Assembly: GCA_963719505.1 (NCBI GenBank)
Contig: CAVRCF010000001.1
Coordinates: forward strand, 1,024,001-1,088,000
From: Halobacteriovoraceae bacterium
GTDB taxonomy: Bacteria; Bdellovibrionota; Bacteriovoracia; Bacteriovoracales; Bacteriovoracaceae
DNA length: 64,000 bases
Direction of reading: 5' to 3'
Below are positions 39,789 through 50,101 of this stretch, piece by piece (within the stretch, counting starts at the first letter, position 1; the number at the start of each line of letters is the position of its first letter). Made by a program: the position numbers and the translations under genes. Under the pieces are notes generated by a model. That model was not told where the DNA came from, did not search any database, and saw only the letters and a program-made list of their open reading frames with translations.

Positions 39789-41530
39789 TGATAAAGTTAA
39801 TTTCGATAATTCTTTTATTGGCTACTGCAAGCGCAAGCTTTGCTAAGACTCCTGATATTTTGGTCTATTCAAGAACTGATAAAGAGTGGAATATATTCCT
39901 ACTCGAAGAGTTTAGAATGTTGATGGACAATATCGGTATTCATGGAGTCGATCCAAAAAACATCGAACTTTCAGACCCTATTATTTATTCAGAAGAGAGT
40001 GTTAGGAAGTATGTTACTGATGATCTTCATAACGTTTTGGAAAGAGTTGGTGATATTGTTGGTCTATCCTACGCAAGTATTAAGCCTCGACTTATTGTCA
40101 ATGAATTTGCTTACTCCGTTCGAAAGTTTGAACCCAAGATTACTCCAAGTGAAGATGCTCAAGGGAATGTCACTTTAAAATCTACGATTGCTGTTACTGG
40201 TCTCGCGGCTAGTGCAAGAGATCTCTCACTTGAATTTGAAGTCGAAGGTTTAACGAAAAGACCGACTGTGAGAATTATTAAGCCTACTATTGTTTTAAAG
40301 AGAGGGGCAAAAATAGATTTTGATTTAGATGTTAAGTTTGTCGAAAAAAATGGAGAAATGAAAGTTGAGCTCAGCCAAGGGAACTTCTCTCGAATCACGC
40401 AAATGCTGACAGAGGACCATGACCTTATTGATATTATATTTGATGAAAAGCAAATTGAGTTCCCTGATATTAGAGGAAGTTTTGCCGGAAGAGAGCTGCG
40501 GTTAAATCACCAAAGAATTATCGATATTATCGTTGAGAATAAAGCAAATCTAAAAGTATTATTATTTGATCAATTACATGAATTATTCAAAAGAAACTTA
40601 GCTGAAGAGCTTCTTAAATCTTTTGATAATATTAACTTTAAATCTGACCGATGGATTGAACCAGCAACAGATGCTATTTTTCCAATTTATTTAAAACTTG
40701 TCGATTTTTCAAATCCATTCGGAAGTATTTTCTTAGCGGAAATCGCTGGAGATTTTTGTACAACTCGAAGCTACGTCTCTTATGCAGGTAATTGTATTCA
40801 CAATAGAGTTACAAAAGCTCATGCTGATGTCAGAACAAAAGCAGACTTGAAGAAGTCTCAAGCTCTTATAGAAAAGGGTTTTAAAACGAGACCCGATATG
40901 AAGTTTCTTGCTAGTGTCAGTGAGAACTATATAAACAAAGCCATTGCGACAACTTATGATTTTGGTCTTTGGGAGCCAATACTTAAAGAGATGGGGGCTT
41001 CACTTGATGAAAAGAAGATTCTAGTAAAGTTGGATGAAAGTGGAACAAAAGCCACAGTGATCTTGGATATCCACTACGAACTTGGAAAGTGGGAAGGAAG
41101 AGCGGTCAGAGAAAAGTTTGTCCGTTTCCCAGCCATTTTAAAAGCAAATGTAAGAGTGGAAAATAAAGATATTGGTGGAGAGAAAACAGCGCAAATCATT
41201 TTTAATGTCTATGATGTAGTCTTAGACGATAATATTTTAAGGTACGGACATAAAGAATATGGATTTCCATCAAATGTAAACTTAATGAGAAAGATCTTTA
41301 TCAAGAAAGTGGTAAAGATGATAAAAGCTGAGCTCTTTGCATATGATGCTGAAACAGCTCGTGAGAGGTTAGGAAAGTGGAGCGGTATGGACCTTCCTCC
41401 AGTGGATCTTCCTGAAATTAATAATATGCATATAGAAAAAATGCACCTTGAATCGGATGGTCACGGCAGAGTTAATATTATTCTAGAGGGAGATACCCCG
41501 TCATTTAGACGAAGATCTAGAACACTCTAG
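39788..41530 (+). CDS. Secreted protein, possible BPI/LBP (TULIP)-like fold, coupled to the upstream gene
   Basis: GTG overlaps the upstream TAG; signal peptide ending SFA; FLASVSENYINKAIATTYDFG pattern. Confidence 0.55.
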   Translation: MIKLISIILLLATASASFAKTPDILVYSRTDKEWNIFLLEEFRMLMDNIGIHGVDPKNIELSDPIIYSEESVRKYVTDDLHNVLERVGDIVGLSYASIKPRLIVNEFAYSVRKFEPKITPSEDAQGNVTLKSTIAVTGLAASARDLSLEFEVEGLTKRPTVRIIKPTIVLKRGAKIDFDLDVKFVEKNGEMKVELSQGNFSRITQMLTEDHDLIDIIFDEKQIEFPDIRGSFAGRELRLNHQRIIDIIVENKANLKVLLFDQLHELFKRNLAEELLKSFDNINFKSDRWIEPATDAIFPIYLKLVDFSNPFGSIFLAEIAGDFCTTRSYVSYAGNCIHNRVTKAHADVRTKADLKKSQALIEKGFKTRPDMKFLASVSENYINKAIATTYDFGLWEPILKEMGASLDEKKILVKLDESGTKATVILDIHYELGKWEGRAVREKFVRFPAILKANVRVENKDIGGEKTAQIIFNVYDVVLDDNILRYGHKEYGFPSNVNLMRKIFIKKVVKMIKAELFAYDAETARERLGKWSGMDLPPVDLPEINNMHIEKMHLESDGHGRVNIILEGDTPSFRRRSRTL

Positions 41531-42341
41531 CGCTGGCTTGAATAAATGAGTAAAAGAAAACGGCATTGGGGTTAGAAGCGACAGCTTTTAACTCCTTATA
41601 GGCTTCATCAGCAAGCTTCTTATCAATTACTTTTTCACTAATCAGTTGATCGGCTCCACTTAATAAGAGGTCAGTCCAAAAATCAATGGTCTCTTTTCTT
41701 TTTTCAGGTTGTCTATTGTCGAGATGCCACGTTTTTACTTTTGTCTCAATATCCTTGAATCCAAGACTCATCATCAGGTTTCCAAGTTTTGCTCCGACAA
41801 AAGGGTCACCAGCATTTTCGTATTGGTAATCATTAAATGCCATCCAATACTTCCAAACATTTGGCGAGTATGGATCGAGAAAAAATGAAGAGTTTAAAAC
41901 CTCAGTGACAAAAACTTTTGAGCCCGGTTGTAAGACTCTTCTCACTTCACTCAATACATTCGAGGGATTAGGTATATGTTCCAGAACCCAGCATAGGAAT
42001 GCTCCATCAAAAGAATTGGATTCAAAGTCCATGCTCTGAGCATTCATTTGATCAAGTTTATACCTTCCTTTTGCGTATGGAAGAGACTCAAGATGCTCTT
42101 GGGCTGAACGGATTTGTTTATCCATCAAGTCTATGCCTTGAAGTTTTAAATCTGGAAAGCGTCTGAGTAAAATCTCTGACTGAGCGCCAACGCCACAGCC
42201 GACTTCAAGGAGGTTCTTTACCCCGGAAAAGTTAATATCTTGGTATACAGTGTATTCAGCAAACTTTGCTTGTTGTCTCAATCGGTTTTGCTCAGTTTCT
42301 GAGTATCCGTGTAGGTATGGAAAGTCGGCCTTGTTTGTCAC
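41517..42341 (-). CDS. Class I SAM-dependent methyltransferase
   Basis: LEVGCGVG, FDGAFLCWVLEH, RRVLQPG. Confidence 0.88.
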   Translation of the reverse strand: MTNKADFPYLHGYSETEQNRLRQQAKFAEYTVYQDINFSGVKNLLEVGCGVGAQSEILLRRFPDLKLQGIDLMDKQIRSAQEHLESLPYAKGRYKLDQMNAQSMDFESNSFDGAFLCWVLEHIPNPSNVLSEVRRVLQPGSKVFVTEVLNSSFFLDPYSPNVWKYWMAFNDYQYENAGDPFVGAKLGNLMMSLGFKDIETKVKTWHLDNRQPEKRKETIDFWTDLLLSGADQLISEKVIDKKLADEAYKELKAVASNPNAVFFYSFIQASARVF

Positions 42342-43558
42342 TTTAATCTCCTCGCAAAGCTTTTGGCCATGCTTACTATTTCCCTAAGACTAATACCATC
42401 AATATAATTTCCAAAAAGGACAAGATTTTGAGAGTCTAGGAGTTCTTTTCGTAATTTTAAAATACTTTCTTCTCTTTTGATATCATAGACAGGTATTGCC
42501 CTTTTCCACTTCATCGAAAAGGTATTAAGAACCTCTTTATGCTTTATCGAGGTAAGTTCTTCGACTTCATTAAAAAAACTTTGATCAACATCGTTTAGAC
42601 CCTCAGCGATAAATGTATAGCTGTGAGAAGAAACTGCAGGCCTTTCAAATATCTCATGGTTGGCTAAAACGCCCTTTGTTTTTAGATTATATTTGGGAGG
42701 AATGACCAATCCAAATGAGTTTTTAAGAAAGTCGACTCTTCGTTTAGTGAAGAGGGTCGTTGTAGTCAAAGGAGTGTATTCTATACTCCGAAGAATTGAA
42801 GCGACTTCGCCATCAAGAATATCTGATGCACTTTTGGCATCAGTGCAGATAATCCAGTTATCGATATCATCGATTCTGTCGACCTGGCTTTTTTGAATCG
42901 AGCCAGAAATTTCATTTCGCAGAGCCTGACAAAGCTCACTCATTCCTCCTTGAAAACTGATTGAGCAAGGCTTGTAATTTTTTGCCTTTGCCTGTCTAAC
43001 TTCTTTGAAAAACTGTAAATATGTTTTCGCCTTTATTGGGTGTTTAAAGACACTGATGAAGCTTAGCTTTTTAGAGTCTATTGCATAGACACCTCCAAAG
43101 ACTGCGCTCAAGAGATCGTAAGCGAGTTCATGACCCATCAAGGGCTTAAAAAAGTCATAAACTGATATTTTTCTGAAATTTCGATCAGGTATTCTCCTGA
43201 AAAGCTTAGGGATGATCTTAATAATTTGAAAAAGTGTTACTGGTTTTGAAGGTTGGTTTCTCCATACCCATTTTTTGAGTTTTGGTTTTGCAAAAAGGGG
43301 GTTAAGATTTAAATCACTAATAAGTTCATCGACGTCGTGATTTGAGTAGATAGCATTCGCAGCATATTCAACAAGTCCGTCATCTGTTTTTATGGTTTGG
43401 AGTTTTCCACCAGCGGACTCTCTTTCAAAAAGGGTTACTTGAAATCCAGACTTTTTAAGGTAGTAAGCCATGACCAGTCCGCTGAAACCACCACCAATAA
43501 TATTAATTGGCTTTTTGGGATTGTGAATATTTCCTATTGGTCCGTTACTTGCTTTCAT
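42338..43558 (-). CDS. hemY: HemY-type FAD-dependent protoporphyrinogen/coproporphyrinogen oxidase
   Basis: IIGGGFSGL, GGKLQT, GGVYA, SFQGGMSEL, AIPVY, GNYIDGISL. Confidence 0.75.
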   Translation of the reverse strand: MKASNGPIGNIHNPKKPINIIGGGFSGLVMAYYLKKSGFQVTLFERESAGGKLQTIKTDDGLVEYAANAIYSNHDVDELISDLNLNPLFAKPKLKKWVWRNQPSKPVTLFQIIKIIPKLFRRIPDRNFRKISVYDFFKPLMGHELAYDLLSAVFGGVYAIDSKKLSFISVFKHPIKAKTYLQFFKEVRQAKAKNYKPCSISFQGGMSELCQALRNEISGSIQKSQVDRIDDIDNWIICTDAKSASDILDGEVASILRSIEYTPLTTTTLFTKRRVDFLKNSFGLVIPPKYNLKTKGVLANHEIFERPAVSSHSYTFIAEGLNDVDQSFFNEVEELTSIKHKEVLNTFSMKWKRAIPVYDIKREESILKLRKELLDSQNLVLFGNYIDGISLREIVSMAKSFARRLK

Positions 43559-43584
43559 AAAAAAAGGCCCAGTTCAATGGGCCC
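43559..43584 (-). terminator. Terminator-like hairpin after grxD
   Basis: Minus strand GGCCCA-TTGAAC-TGGGCC then T7, abutting the hemY ATG. Confidence 0.6.
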
Positions 43585-43589
43585 GAGTT

Positions 43590-43964
43590 TTATTTTAATA
43601 TTTCTTGTAACTCACCCTCTTCAAACATTTCGGTGATGATATCGTTACCACCGAGTAATTTTCCATTGAAGTAGAGCTGAGGAAATGTAGGCCAATTTGA
43701 GTATTCTTTTAGACCTTGTCTGATATCGTTATCTTGAAGAATATCAAAAGTTTTAAATGGTTGGTTAAGGTGCTTTAGAATAGCAACTGAATTTGCTGAA
43801 AACCCACATTGAGGAAAGTCGGCATTTCCCTTCATAAATAAAACAAGTCTATCGCTTTTGATAATTTCTTCAATTCTTTCCGTTAAGTTACCCTCAACTT
43901 CATTTGCTTGAACTTCTTTTACAGGTCCGTCAGTATTTAAAACTTTAAAAGGATTATCACTCAT
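43590..43964 (-). CDS. grxD: Monothiol glutaredoxin
   Basis: FMKG..FPQCGFS, WPTFPQLY, GGNDI. Confidence 0.95.
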   Translation of the reverse strand: MSDNPFKVLNTDGPVKEVQANEVEGNLTERIEEIIKSDRLVLFMKGNADFPQCGFSANSVAILKHLNQPFKTFDILQDNDIRQGLKEYSNWPTFPQLYFNGKLLGGNDIITEMFEEGELQEILK

Positions 43965-44215
43965 TACTTTACCTCTTCGTATTTTTCTTTAGTTAACGTT
44001 TTTATTTTTACAGCATGAACTTTTTCTTTCAAGGCTTCTTTAAGAACATCCATTACCATTTGGTGTTGATCAATTCTCATTTTCCCCTTGAATTCATCGC
44101 TTACGACTAATATATCAAGGTGATCCATTGTTCCTGTTAGATCTCCGACTTCAACATATGAGTTCTGAATACCAGATTCAATTAAATTTTTTACTTCGTC
44201 TAATGGTGTCACCAT
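43964..44215 (-). CDS. BolA/IbaG family protein
   Basis: DH...VVSDEFKGK...QHQMV...VHAVKIKT. Confidence 0.9.
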   Translation of the reverse strand: MVTPLDEVKNLIESGIQNSYVEVGDLTGTMDHLDILVVSDEFKGKMRIDQHQMVMDVLKEALKEKVHAVKIKTLTKEKYEEVK

Positions 44216-44224
44216 TTATACTCC

Positions 44225-44608
44225 CTAGCTGGTTGGAATGAGATTACTAGTTATAAGAGTAGCAATTCTGACAGTCAATGTTAATAGGCCTATTGGCTTA
44301 TGAAATTTTCTAATACTTTCGTCTCCACCAAGCAATTTACTGCCTGTGTAAAACATAACGCCGTAAAGAAGCACTGTGCTAATGGCTAATGATATATGAA
44401 TGTTAAGGATGGCAGGGTTGCTCATCGCTTTGCTAGCAGTATTGATAGCTTGTCGGTTAAGCTCAATTTGTGCAACAAGCAACAGGTCCCAGATGATAAC
44501 AGTTTTCATTATTTTAACGTGTTTATATCTTATTCTCCTGTGGTAAACTCCGTACAACATGAGAGCGACAATAAGAAACGACTGAATTTGAAATATAATA
44601 GATGACAT
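44225..44608 (-). CDS. Small membrane protein, DUF420-like
   Basis: Four hydrophobic segments with His residues (HVKIM, IHISLA, FHKPIG). Confidence 0.6.
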   Translation of the reverse strand: MSSIIFQIQSFLIVALMLYGVYHRRIRYKHVKIMKTVIIWDLLLVAQIELNRQAINTASKAMSNPAILNIHISLAISTVLLYGVMFYTGSKLLGGDESIRKFHKPIGLLTLTVRIATLITSNLIPTS

Positions 44609-44636
44609 CAGTCTAATTTAAAATCGGAAGAGGCAT

Positions 44637-47510
44637 ATGGCAAGTCTAGGAAAGTGGGCATTAATAGATATTGAAACAACTGGAATCGACCCCAACTACG
44701 ACCAGATTATCGATATTGGCTTTTTACAGTTCGAAGGGACAAAGCTTATACGAACGTATTCTTCTTTGGTTCGTACTGAAGTGAGACTTTCAAAGTTCAT
44801 TCAAAAGCTAACCAATATTACACCAGAGATGGTCTCAAATGCACCTGTCTGGAAAAAGTCTGAAGGGGAGCTCCACGATTTAGATGGCCACTTTTTAGTC
44901 GCTCACAATGCACCTTTTGAGAAAATGTACCTAGAGAAGTACTTTGATCAGATCGATGAAGGACAAAATAGGGAGACCTATCAAGATTCTATGTACTATC
45001 TAAGTCTTCTGTTTCCTGACAGATCGACTCTCAACCTAGAGAGTTTTATGATTGATTTTGGAATAGCTGATAAGGAAGTGCACCGAGGTTACGAAGACTC
45101 TGTGGACCTTTTAAAAGTTCTTCTCGTCGCCACTTTAATTGTCAAGAAAGATGCAGAGTTTAGAACGTTCTTAGGTCAAACCTTTACGGAGTTTAATTCT
45201 AATGAATTTTGGTTTAAAAACTTTTTTGCGTTAGATGAAGATCAACTCTATGAAATTGCTGAATCCATTGAGTTTGATGCCATGGAAAAGGTCAATGAAT
45301 ACATAGAGAAATTTAATCAAGATTCTGAGTTCGTCGACCAAATGGAAAGTACAGTAGACCTAGATTTTACGGGTAAAAATATTCAAGACATTTATAGAGA
45401 TGAGTCCCGTCTGAAGAAGCTCTTTGAAGGTTACACCTACAGAAAAGCCCAAGAAGATCTCTCCTTAAGGGTTGGACAGGCTTTTAACAACAGTATCCAC
45501 GCCATCATCCAGGCGCCAACAGGAACCGGAAAGACTTTGGGGTATATGATTCCCAGTGCATTAATGGCCAAAAATAAAAAGCTCCCGGTCCTTATATCAA
45601 CGGGAACAAAAACTCTTCAAAATCAAGCAGTTAAAAAAGATATTCCCGGACTTCATCGAATCTTAGGTCTCAATAAAAGCCAGCTCAAAGTCATTAGGCT
45701 GGTAGGATCCAGTAATCACCTTTGTGAACTCATTTACAGAAACGAAAAAGCGGAAGATCTAATGATACAAATGGATTCATTTGAAGATCGATTCGCCAAT
45801 GCCTACCTTGAAGCGGTATTTTTTGTGAACCAGCGGATTAAAGATTACAACAATATTATTACAAGAGAAAACATACCATACTCTCTTAAGAGAAGATTAA
45901 ATAGCCTCAAGGAACTTGAGGAGAGGTCTGCTGTTAATTACAAGGCTTGCTCGGGAAGTAAATGTCCATTTAGTCATTCTTGCACCTATTTACAAGGGTG
46001 GAGGAAGGCGAAAGAAGCTGATCTCCTTATTGGGAATCACGCACTTTTGATGAGTTGGCCTCGAACAATGGAGAAGCCACCCTACATCGTCATTGATGAA
46101 GCTCACAAAATGGAGTCCGAAGCAACTGGTGCATTCTCTCAACAAATTCAAAGTAAAGAAATTGAAGCCATAGCTAAAAACCTTCCACAGATGGTCGGTC
46201 CTCTTTACTATTTACTTGGACAGGAAAAAAATCCTGATGATACCTTAGCAAAAACGATAAGAGATAATATTCAGGATCAGGCCGGAATGTTAAGAGATCA
46301 TGTTGGTCCTCTTTTTGACAATATTGAAAGATACGCAAAAAAACTTCCAAATTTTACAGATATCTATTGGAATGAAATTAAACTTTTGGGAAGTGATAAG
46401 TCATCAAATGCCGTTGAAGCGAGTATTTATAATCATCTCCAAAGTCTACATTTTATTTTTGAAAGTATTTATAAAATCTTACATCCCTTCACTGAAAGGT
46501 GGGAGTTAGCGGACCTTGAAAATGATGACAACAAAGTGACTGCTTGGACAACTCTAGAGTCAACCATATCAAACGTAGAAGACTCTTATTTAACACTGAT
46601 GTCCCTTTTAAACACTTCGGATGACCTTGCAAATACAATTAAATATCACGATGAGTTTGGTTATGTTTTAGAATCTGCGCCGATCAATATTGGTAAATTA
46701 ATTTTTGAGAATATTTTAAAAGACACTGAGTCTGTTATTTTTACCTCGGCGACCCTAGGGAATGAGGATGGAACAAGTGGAATGGCTGCAATTGAATGGA
46801 TGACCGGCTATAGCTATCTCGAGTCAACCAGGAGGTTTAAAAACGGATTGTTCTTAAAAAATAATTATGATTATGAAAAAAATGCCAGAGTCTTTTTAGC
46901 ACAAGACACTCCAGCTCTTTACGATGATAAGTTTATTCCTTTTGTTATTGAAAACTTGGTGCCTTTGATAAGGTCTATTGGTGGGCGAACTCTTCTTCTT
47001 TTTTCAAGCAGGATGCGTTTTGAAAAAGCTAATGAGTACCTTCTCAACGAATTTGAAGGGGAACTACCTCTTTTTATCCAAGGCATGGGAAACAATATTG
47101 TGGAGGAGTTCAAAAAATCAGAAAATGGAATTTTGATTGGAATGGAATCATTTGGAGAGGGGATTGATATTCCTGGAAAGTCTTTAGAGTTAGTATACGT
47201 CGACAAGATTCCCGATCTTCGCCGTGAGTATATAATCGACAAGAGAAGAAAGTTCTATGAAAGAGAATTTGGAAATGAGTTCAATGATTATTTCTTGGCC
47301 AATAGAACTAGGGCTTTACATCAAAAACTTGGGCGTCTCATTAGAACTGAATCTGACAAAGGTGGAGTTCTTATTACTGATTCCAGAACTGCGAGATGGA
47401 AATCGAGAACTTTGGGTACCTTTAAAGAACTTATGAAGCCCTATGATATCGAATTTATGCCAATGGCCCAAGCATGTAAGGAATTAGAAAGCTTTATCTT
47501 GTCGCGTTAA
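44637..47510 (+). CDS. dinG: DEDDh exonuclease fused to DinG/YoaA-family helicase
   Basis: DIETTG, AHNAPFE, HRGYEDS; APTGTGKT, DEAH, EGIDIPG, QKLGRLIR; four-Cys cluster. Confidence 0.88.
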   Translation: MASLGKWALIDIETTGIDPNYDQIIDIGFLQFEGTKLIRTYSSLVRTEVRLSKFIQKLTNITPEMVSNAPVWKKSEGELHDLDGHFLVAHNAPFEKMYLEKYFDQIDEGQNRETYQDSMYYLSLLFPDRSTLNLESFMIDFGIADKEVHRGYEDSVDLLKVLLVATLIVKKDAEFRTFLGQTFTEFNSNEFWFKNFFALDEDQLYEIAESIEFDAMEKVNEYIEKFNQDSEFVDQMESTVDLDFTGKNIQDIYRDESRLKKLFEGYTYRKAQEDLSLRVGQAFNNSIHAIIQAPTGTGKTLGYMIPSALMAKNKKLPVLISTGTKTLQNQAVKKDIPGLHRILGLNKSQLKVIRLVGSSNHLCELIYRNEKAEDLMIQMDSFEDRFANAYLEAVFFVNQRIKDYNNIITRENIPYSLKRRLNSLKELEERSAVNYKACSGSKCPFSHSCTYLQGWRKAKEADLLIGNHALLMSWPRTMEKPPYIVIDEAHKMESEATGAFSQQIQSKEIEAIAKNLPQMVGPLYYLLGQEKNPDDTLAKTIRDNIQDQAGMLRDHVGPLFDNIERYAKKLPNFTDIYWNEIKLLGSDKSSNAVEASIYNHLQSLHFIFESIYKILHPFTERWELADLENDDNKVTAWTTLESTISNVEDSYLTLMSLLNTSDDLANTIKYHDEFGYVLESAPINIGKLIFENILKDTESVIFTSATLGNEDGTSGMAAIEWMTGYSYLESTRRFKNGLFLKNNYDYEKNARVFLAQDTPALYDDKFIPFVIENLVPLIRSIGGRTLLLFSSRMRFEKANEYLLNEFEGELPLFIQGMGNNIVEEFKKSENGILIGMESFGEGIDIPGKSLELVYVDKIPDLRREYIIDKRRKFYEREFGNEFNDYFLANRTRALHQKLGRLIRTESDKGGVLITDSRTARWKSRTLGTFKELMKPYDIEFMPMAQACKELESFILSR

Positions 47511-47571
47511 GTATATGTAATTATTTCAGAAAAAGCTTGTGCATTGCGCTAGGTTATGTTATAATTACGAT

Positions 47572-47892
47572 ATGTTAAAAAGCCTAATAATAATAATTTC
47601 GATGACTTACTCTGCTTTCTCTTACGCAAACATGTCTCAATTCGTGGTAATGCCTAGCATTAAAAACGAAATTGTCAATTATGTTATCAAAAACAGAACA
47701 GCTGAAGAGTCTTATTCCGCAATCAAAGATATTAGTTTGTCTGCAGTGAACTTTGTCCAAAGTGAGGGCGAGGAGTCATCTGAGAGATTGGAAGAGCTGA
47801 TTTTAATCGTTTCAAGAAAGCTTGAAACAGATTCAGTCTACCTGAGCAGAAAAGATATCGTAGAAGCAATAATTAAAGCTATCAATTCTTAA
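47572..47892 (+). CDS. Hypothetical secreted protein
   Basis: Signal peptide MLKSLIII...SYA. Confidence 0.6.
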   Translation: MLKSLIIIISMTYSAFSYANMSQFVVMPSIKNEIVNYVIKNRTAEESYSAIKDISLSAVNFVQSEGEESSERLEELILIVSRKLETDSVYLSRKDIVEAIIKAINS

Positions 47893-48616
47893 ACATTCCT
47901 TTATATTCATTGTCGAAAGCTTTTAGCTTATCAATTTTCACTTCTACGCCTCCGGGAAATTCAGCCTTGTAGGGAATATTAAGATGTTTGCTTAGATAAA
48001 AGTCGGCGGGTGCGAACTTGTCACTGCTGCTGTAGGCATCATCACTCATTTGGCAATGAGTCGCCACAAGTTCTTTGTCGTTAAGTTTAAGCTTAAAATC
48101 TGATCCAATATCTTTGAGTTCCAGGTAAACATCGTTTTCTATAAAATGGTTCTCATAAGTCCAAATATTTTGTGTCGACAGAACATTGTAACTAGTGGCT
48201 TGGGTAGCACTCATTTTCTTCATTTTAGTCATCAGGGTAGAGGTTACAAAAGCTGGAGTTGAAATATGAAACTTACCGCTCACATTACGATCAAACTTGT
48301 GGACTCCATCCATGCCTGAAAAAGTATAGAAAACCTGCTTATCTTTTTGATCAACTTCATAACGCTCAGTGCTGCTGTTTTCTCCTAAACTTCTGTGAAC
48401 CCTCACTTTCAAAGGATCAAAAGAGTTAGAGGTTTCGTAGTCCACGTTAATTTTTAAAAACTCACCGCTTGGAACCCGACAAAGTATCTCGGACTTATAC
48501 AAATAATTTCCATTGATAGATCTGTCAGAAAGTACGGAGAAGCTCTCTTCTGAGTATTGGTTTCCATCTTTGAGAAAAATATATTTTCCCTCAATAATTA
48601 TCTCATCAATACTCAT
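47882..48616 (-). CDS. Hypothetical beta-rich protein
   Basis: 244-aa ORF with no recognised motif. Confidence 0.65.
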   Translation of the reverse strand: MSIDEIIIEGKYIFLKDGNQYSEESFSVLSDRSINGNYLYKSEILCRVPSGEFLKINVDYETSNSFDPLKVRVHRSLGENSSTERYEVDQKDKQVFYTFSGMDGVHKFDRNVSGKFHISTPAFVTSTLMTKMKKMSATQATSYNVLSTQNIWTYENHFIENDVYLELKDIGSDFKLKLNDKELVATHCQMSDDAYSSSDKFAPADFYLSKHLNIPYKAEFPGGVEVKIDKLKAFDNEYKGMFKN

Positions 48617-48769
48617 TGCGACGCCATTTGTTATACATTGTTTTTACACCCTAAATTAATTAGCATTGTCTTACTGACATTATACCCAAATTGGTGATAA
48701 TAGTTTATATATTATACGATAAAATTTTAACGTTTATTTTTATGAATCGAAATCAAGGATATCATTGCT

Positions 48770-50101
48770 ATGATTAAGCTCAAGAAAGGGTTGGATCTGC
48801 CTATCGAGGGAACTCCGAAACAGGAAATCTCTCAGGGTCCAAAAGTATCGAAAGTAGCTTTGATCGGTGACGACGTTGTTGGAATGAAGCCAACAATGGA
48901 AGTTAAGCCCGGTGACAAAGTGAAAATTGGTGATCTACTTTACACTGACAAAAAAACAGAGGGTGTTCGTTATACATCTCCTGCGTCTGGTGAAGTCGTT
49001 GAAGTTAACAGGGGAGCAAGAAGAGCTTTCCAATCAGTTGTAATTAAAGTTGAAGGTGAAGATCATGCAAGCTTTGAATCCTTTAAGGGAAGTGATATTG
49101 CTGGTTATTCTAAAGAAGAAGCGCAGGCTTTACTTTTAGAATCTGGAATGTGGCCATCACTTCGTCAAAGACCTTTTTCTATCGTTGCTAAGCCAAACAC
49201 AACTCCAAGCTCAATTTTCGTTACCGCGATGGACACTCATCCACTTGCTGGAAAACCGGAAGTTATTATTGCTCGAAATGAAAAAGCTTTTAAAGATGGT
49301 TTAAAAATCTTAGCTAAATTTGCAACAGTTCATCTTTGTTTCGAAGATGGTTCAGATATTCCAAGTGTGGAAGAAGTTCAAAAACACACTTTCAAGGGAC
49401 CACATCCAGCAGGTCTCGTTGGAACTCATATTCATATGATTGATCCTGTAGGAATGAAAAAAGCAGTTTGGCATACTAATTACCAAGAAGTTATTGCTAT
49501 GGGTAAGCTCTTTGAAACCGGAAAGCTTTTCCTTGAGAGAGTTGTCTCTATCGCTGGTCCTGCTGCAAGAAACCCAAGATTAATCACAACAACTGTTGGT
49601 GCAAGTCTGGATGAGCTTATAAAAGATGAAACCCATACAACAGAAGAAGTAAGAACCGTCTCTGGTTCTGTTTTTGGGGGGAGAAAAGCTGAAGGTACTT
49701 TTAATTACCTTGGACGTTTTCATCACCAAGTAACACTTCTTGAAGAAGGAAGACATAGAGAGTTTTTAGGATGGCACAGTCCTGGATTCGATAAGTTTTC
49801 TGTTAAGCCGATTTACATCTCTAAACTTTTTTCAAAAAAGTTTGGATTTACAACAGATACAAATGGTTCTTACCGCTCAATTGTTCCGATAGGATCTATG
49901 GAGAAAGTAATGCCACTTGATATTCTTCCAGTACAACTTTCACGATATTTAAATTCTACGAATTTAGAGATGTGTGTAAAACTTGGGGCTCTAGAGTTAG
50001 ATGAGGAAGATTTATCCTTAATGACTTTTGTAGATCCTTGTAAGAATGATTTTGCTCCTCTTTTAAGAGAGAATTTAACAATTATTGAGAAGGAGGGGTA
50101 G
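48770..50101 (+). CDS. nqrA: Na+-translocating NADH:quinone reductase subunit A
   Basis: IKLKKGLDLPIEG, GPHPAGLVGTHIH, LGALELDEEDL, IEKEG. Confidence 0.96.
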   Translation: MIKLKKGLDLPIEGTPKQEISQGPKVSKVALIGDDVVGMKPTMEVKPGDKVKIGDLLYTDKKTEGVRYTSPASGEVVEVNRGARRAFQSVVIKVEGEDHASFESFKGSDIAGYSKEEAQALLLESGMWPSLRQRPFSIVAKPNTTPSSIFVTAMDTHPLAGKPEVIIARNEKAFKDGLKILAKFATVHLCFEDGSDIPSVEEVQKHTFKGPHPAGLVGTHIHMIDPVGMKKAVWHTNYQEVIAMGKLFETGKLFLERVVSIAGPAARNPRLITTTVGASLDELIKDETHTTEEVRTVSGSVFGGRKAEGTFNYLGRFHHQVTLLEEGRHREFLGWHSPGFDKFSVKPIYISKLFSKKFGFTTDTNGSYRSIVPIGSMEKVMPLDILPVQLSRYLNSTNLEMCVKLGALELDEEDLSLMTFVDPCKNDFAPLLRENLTIIEKEG

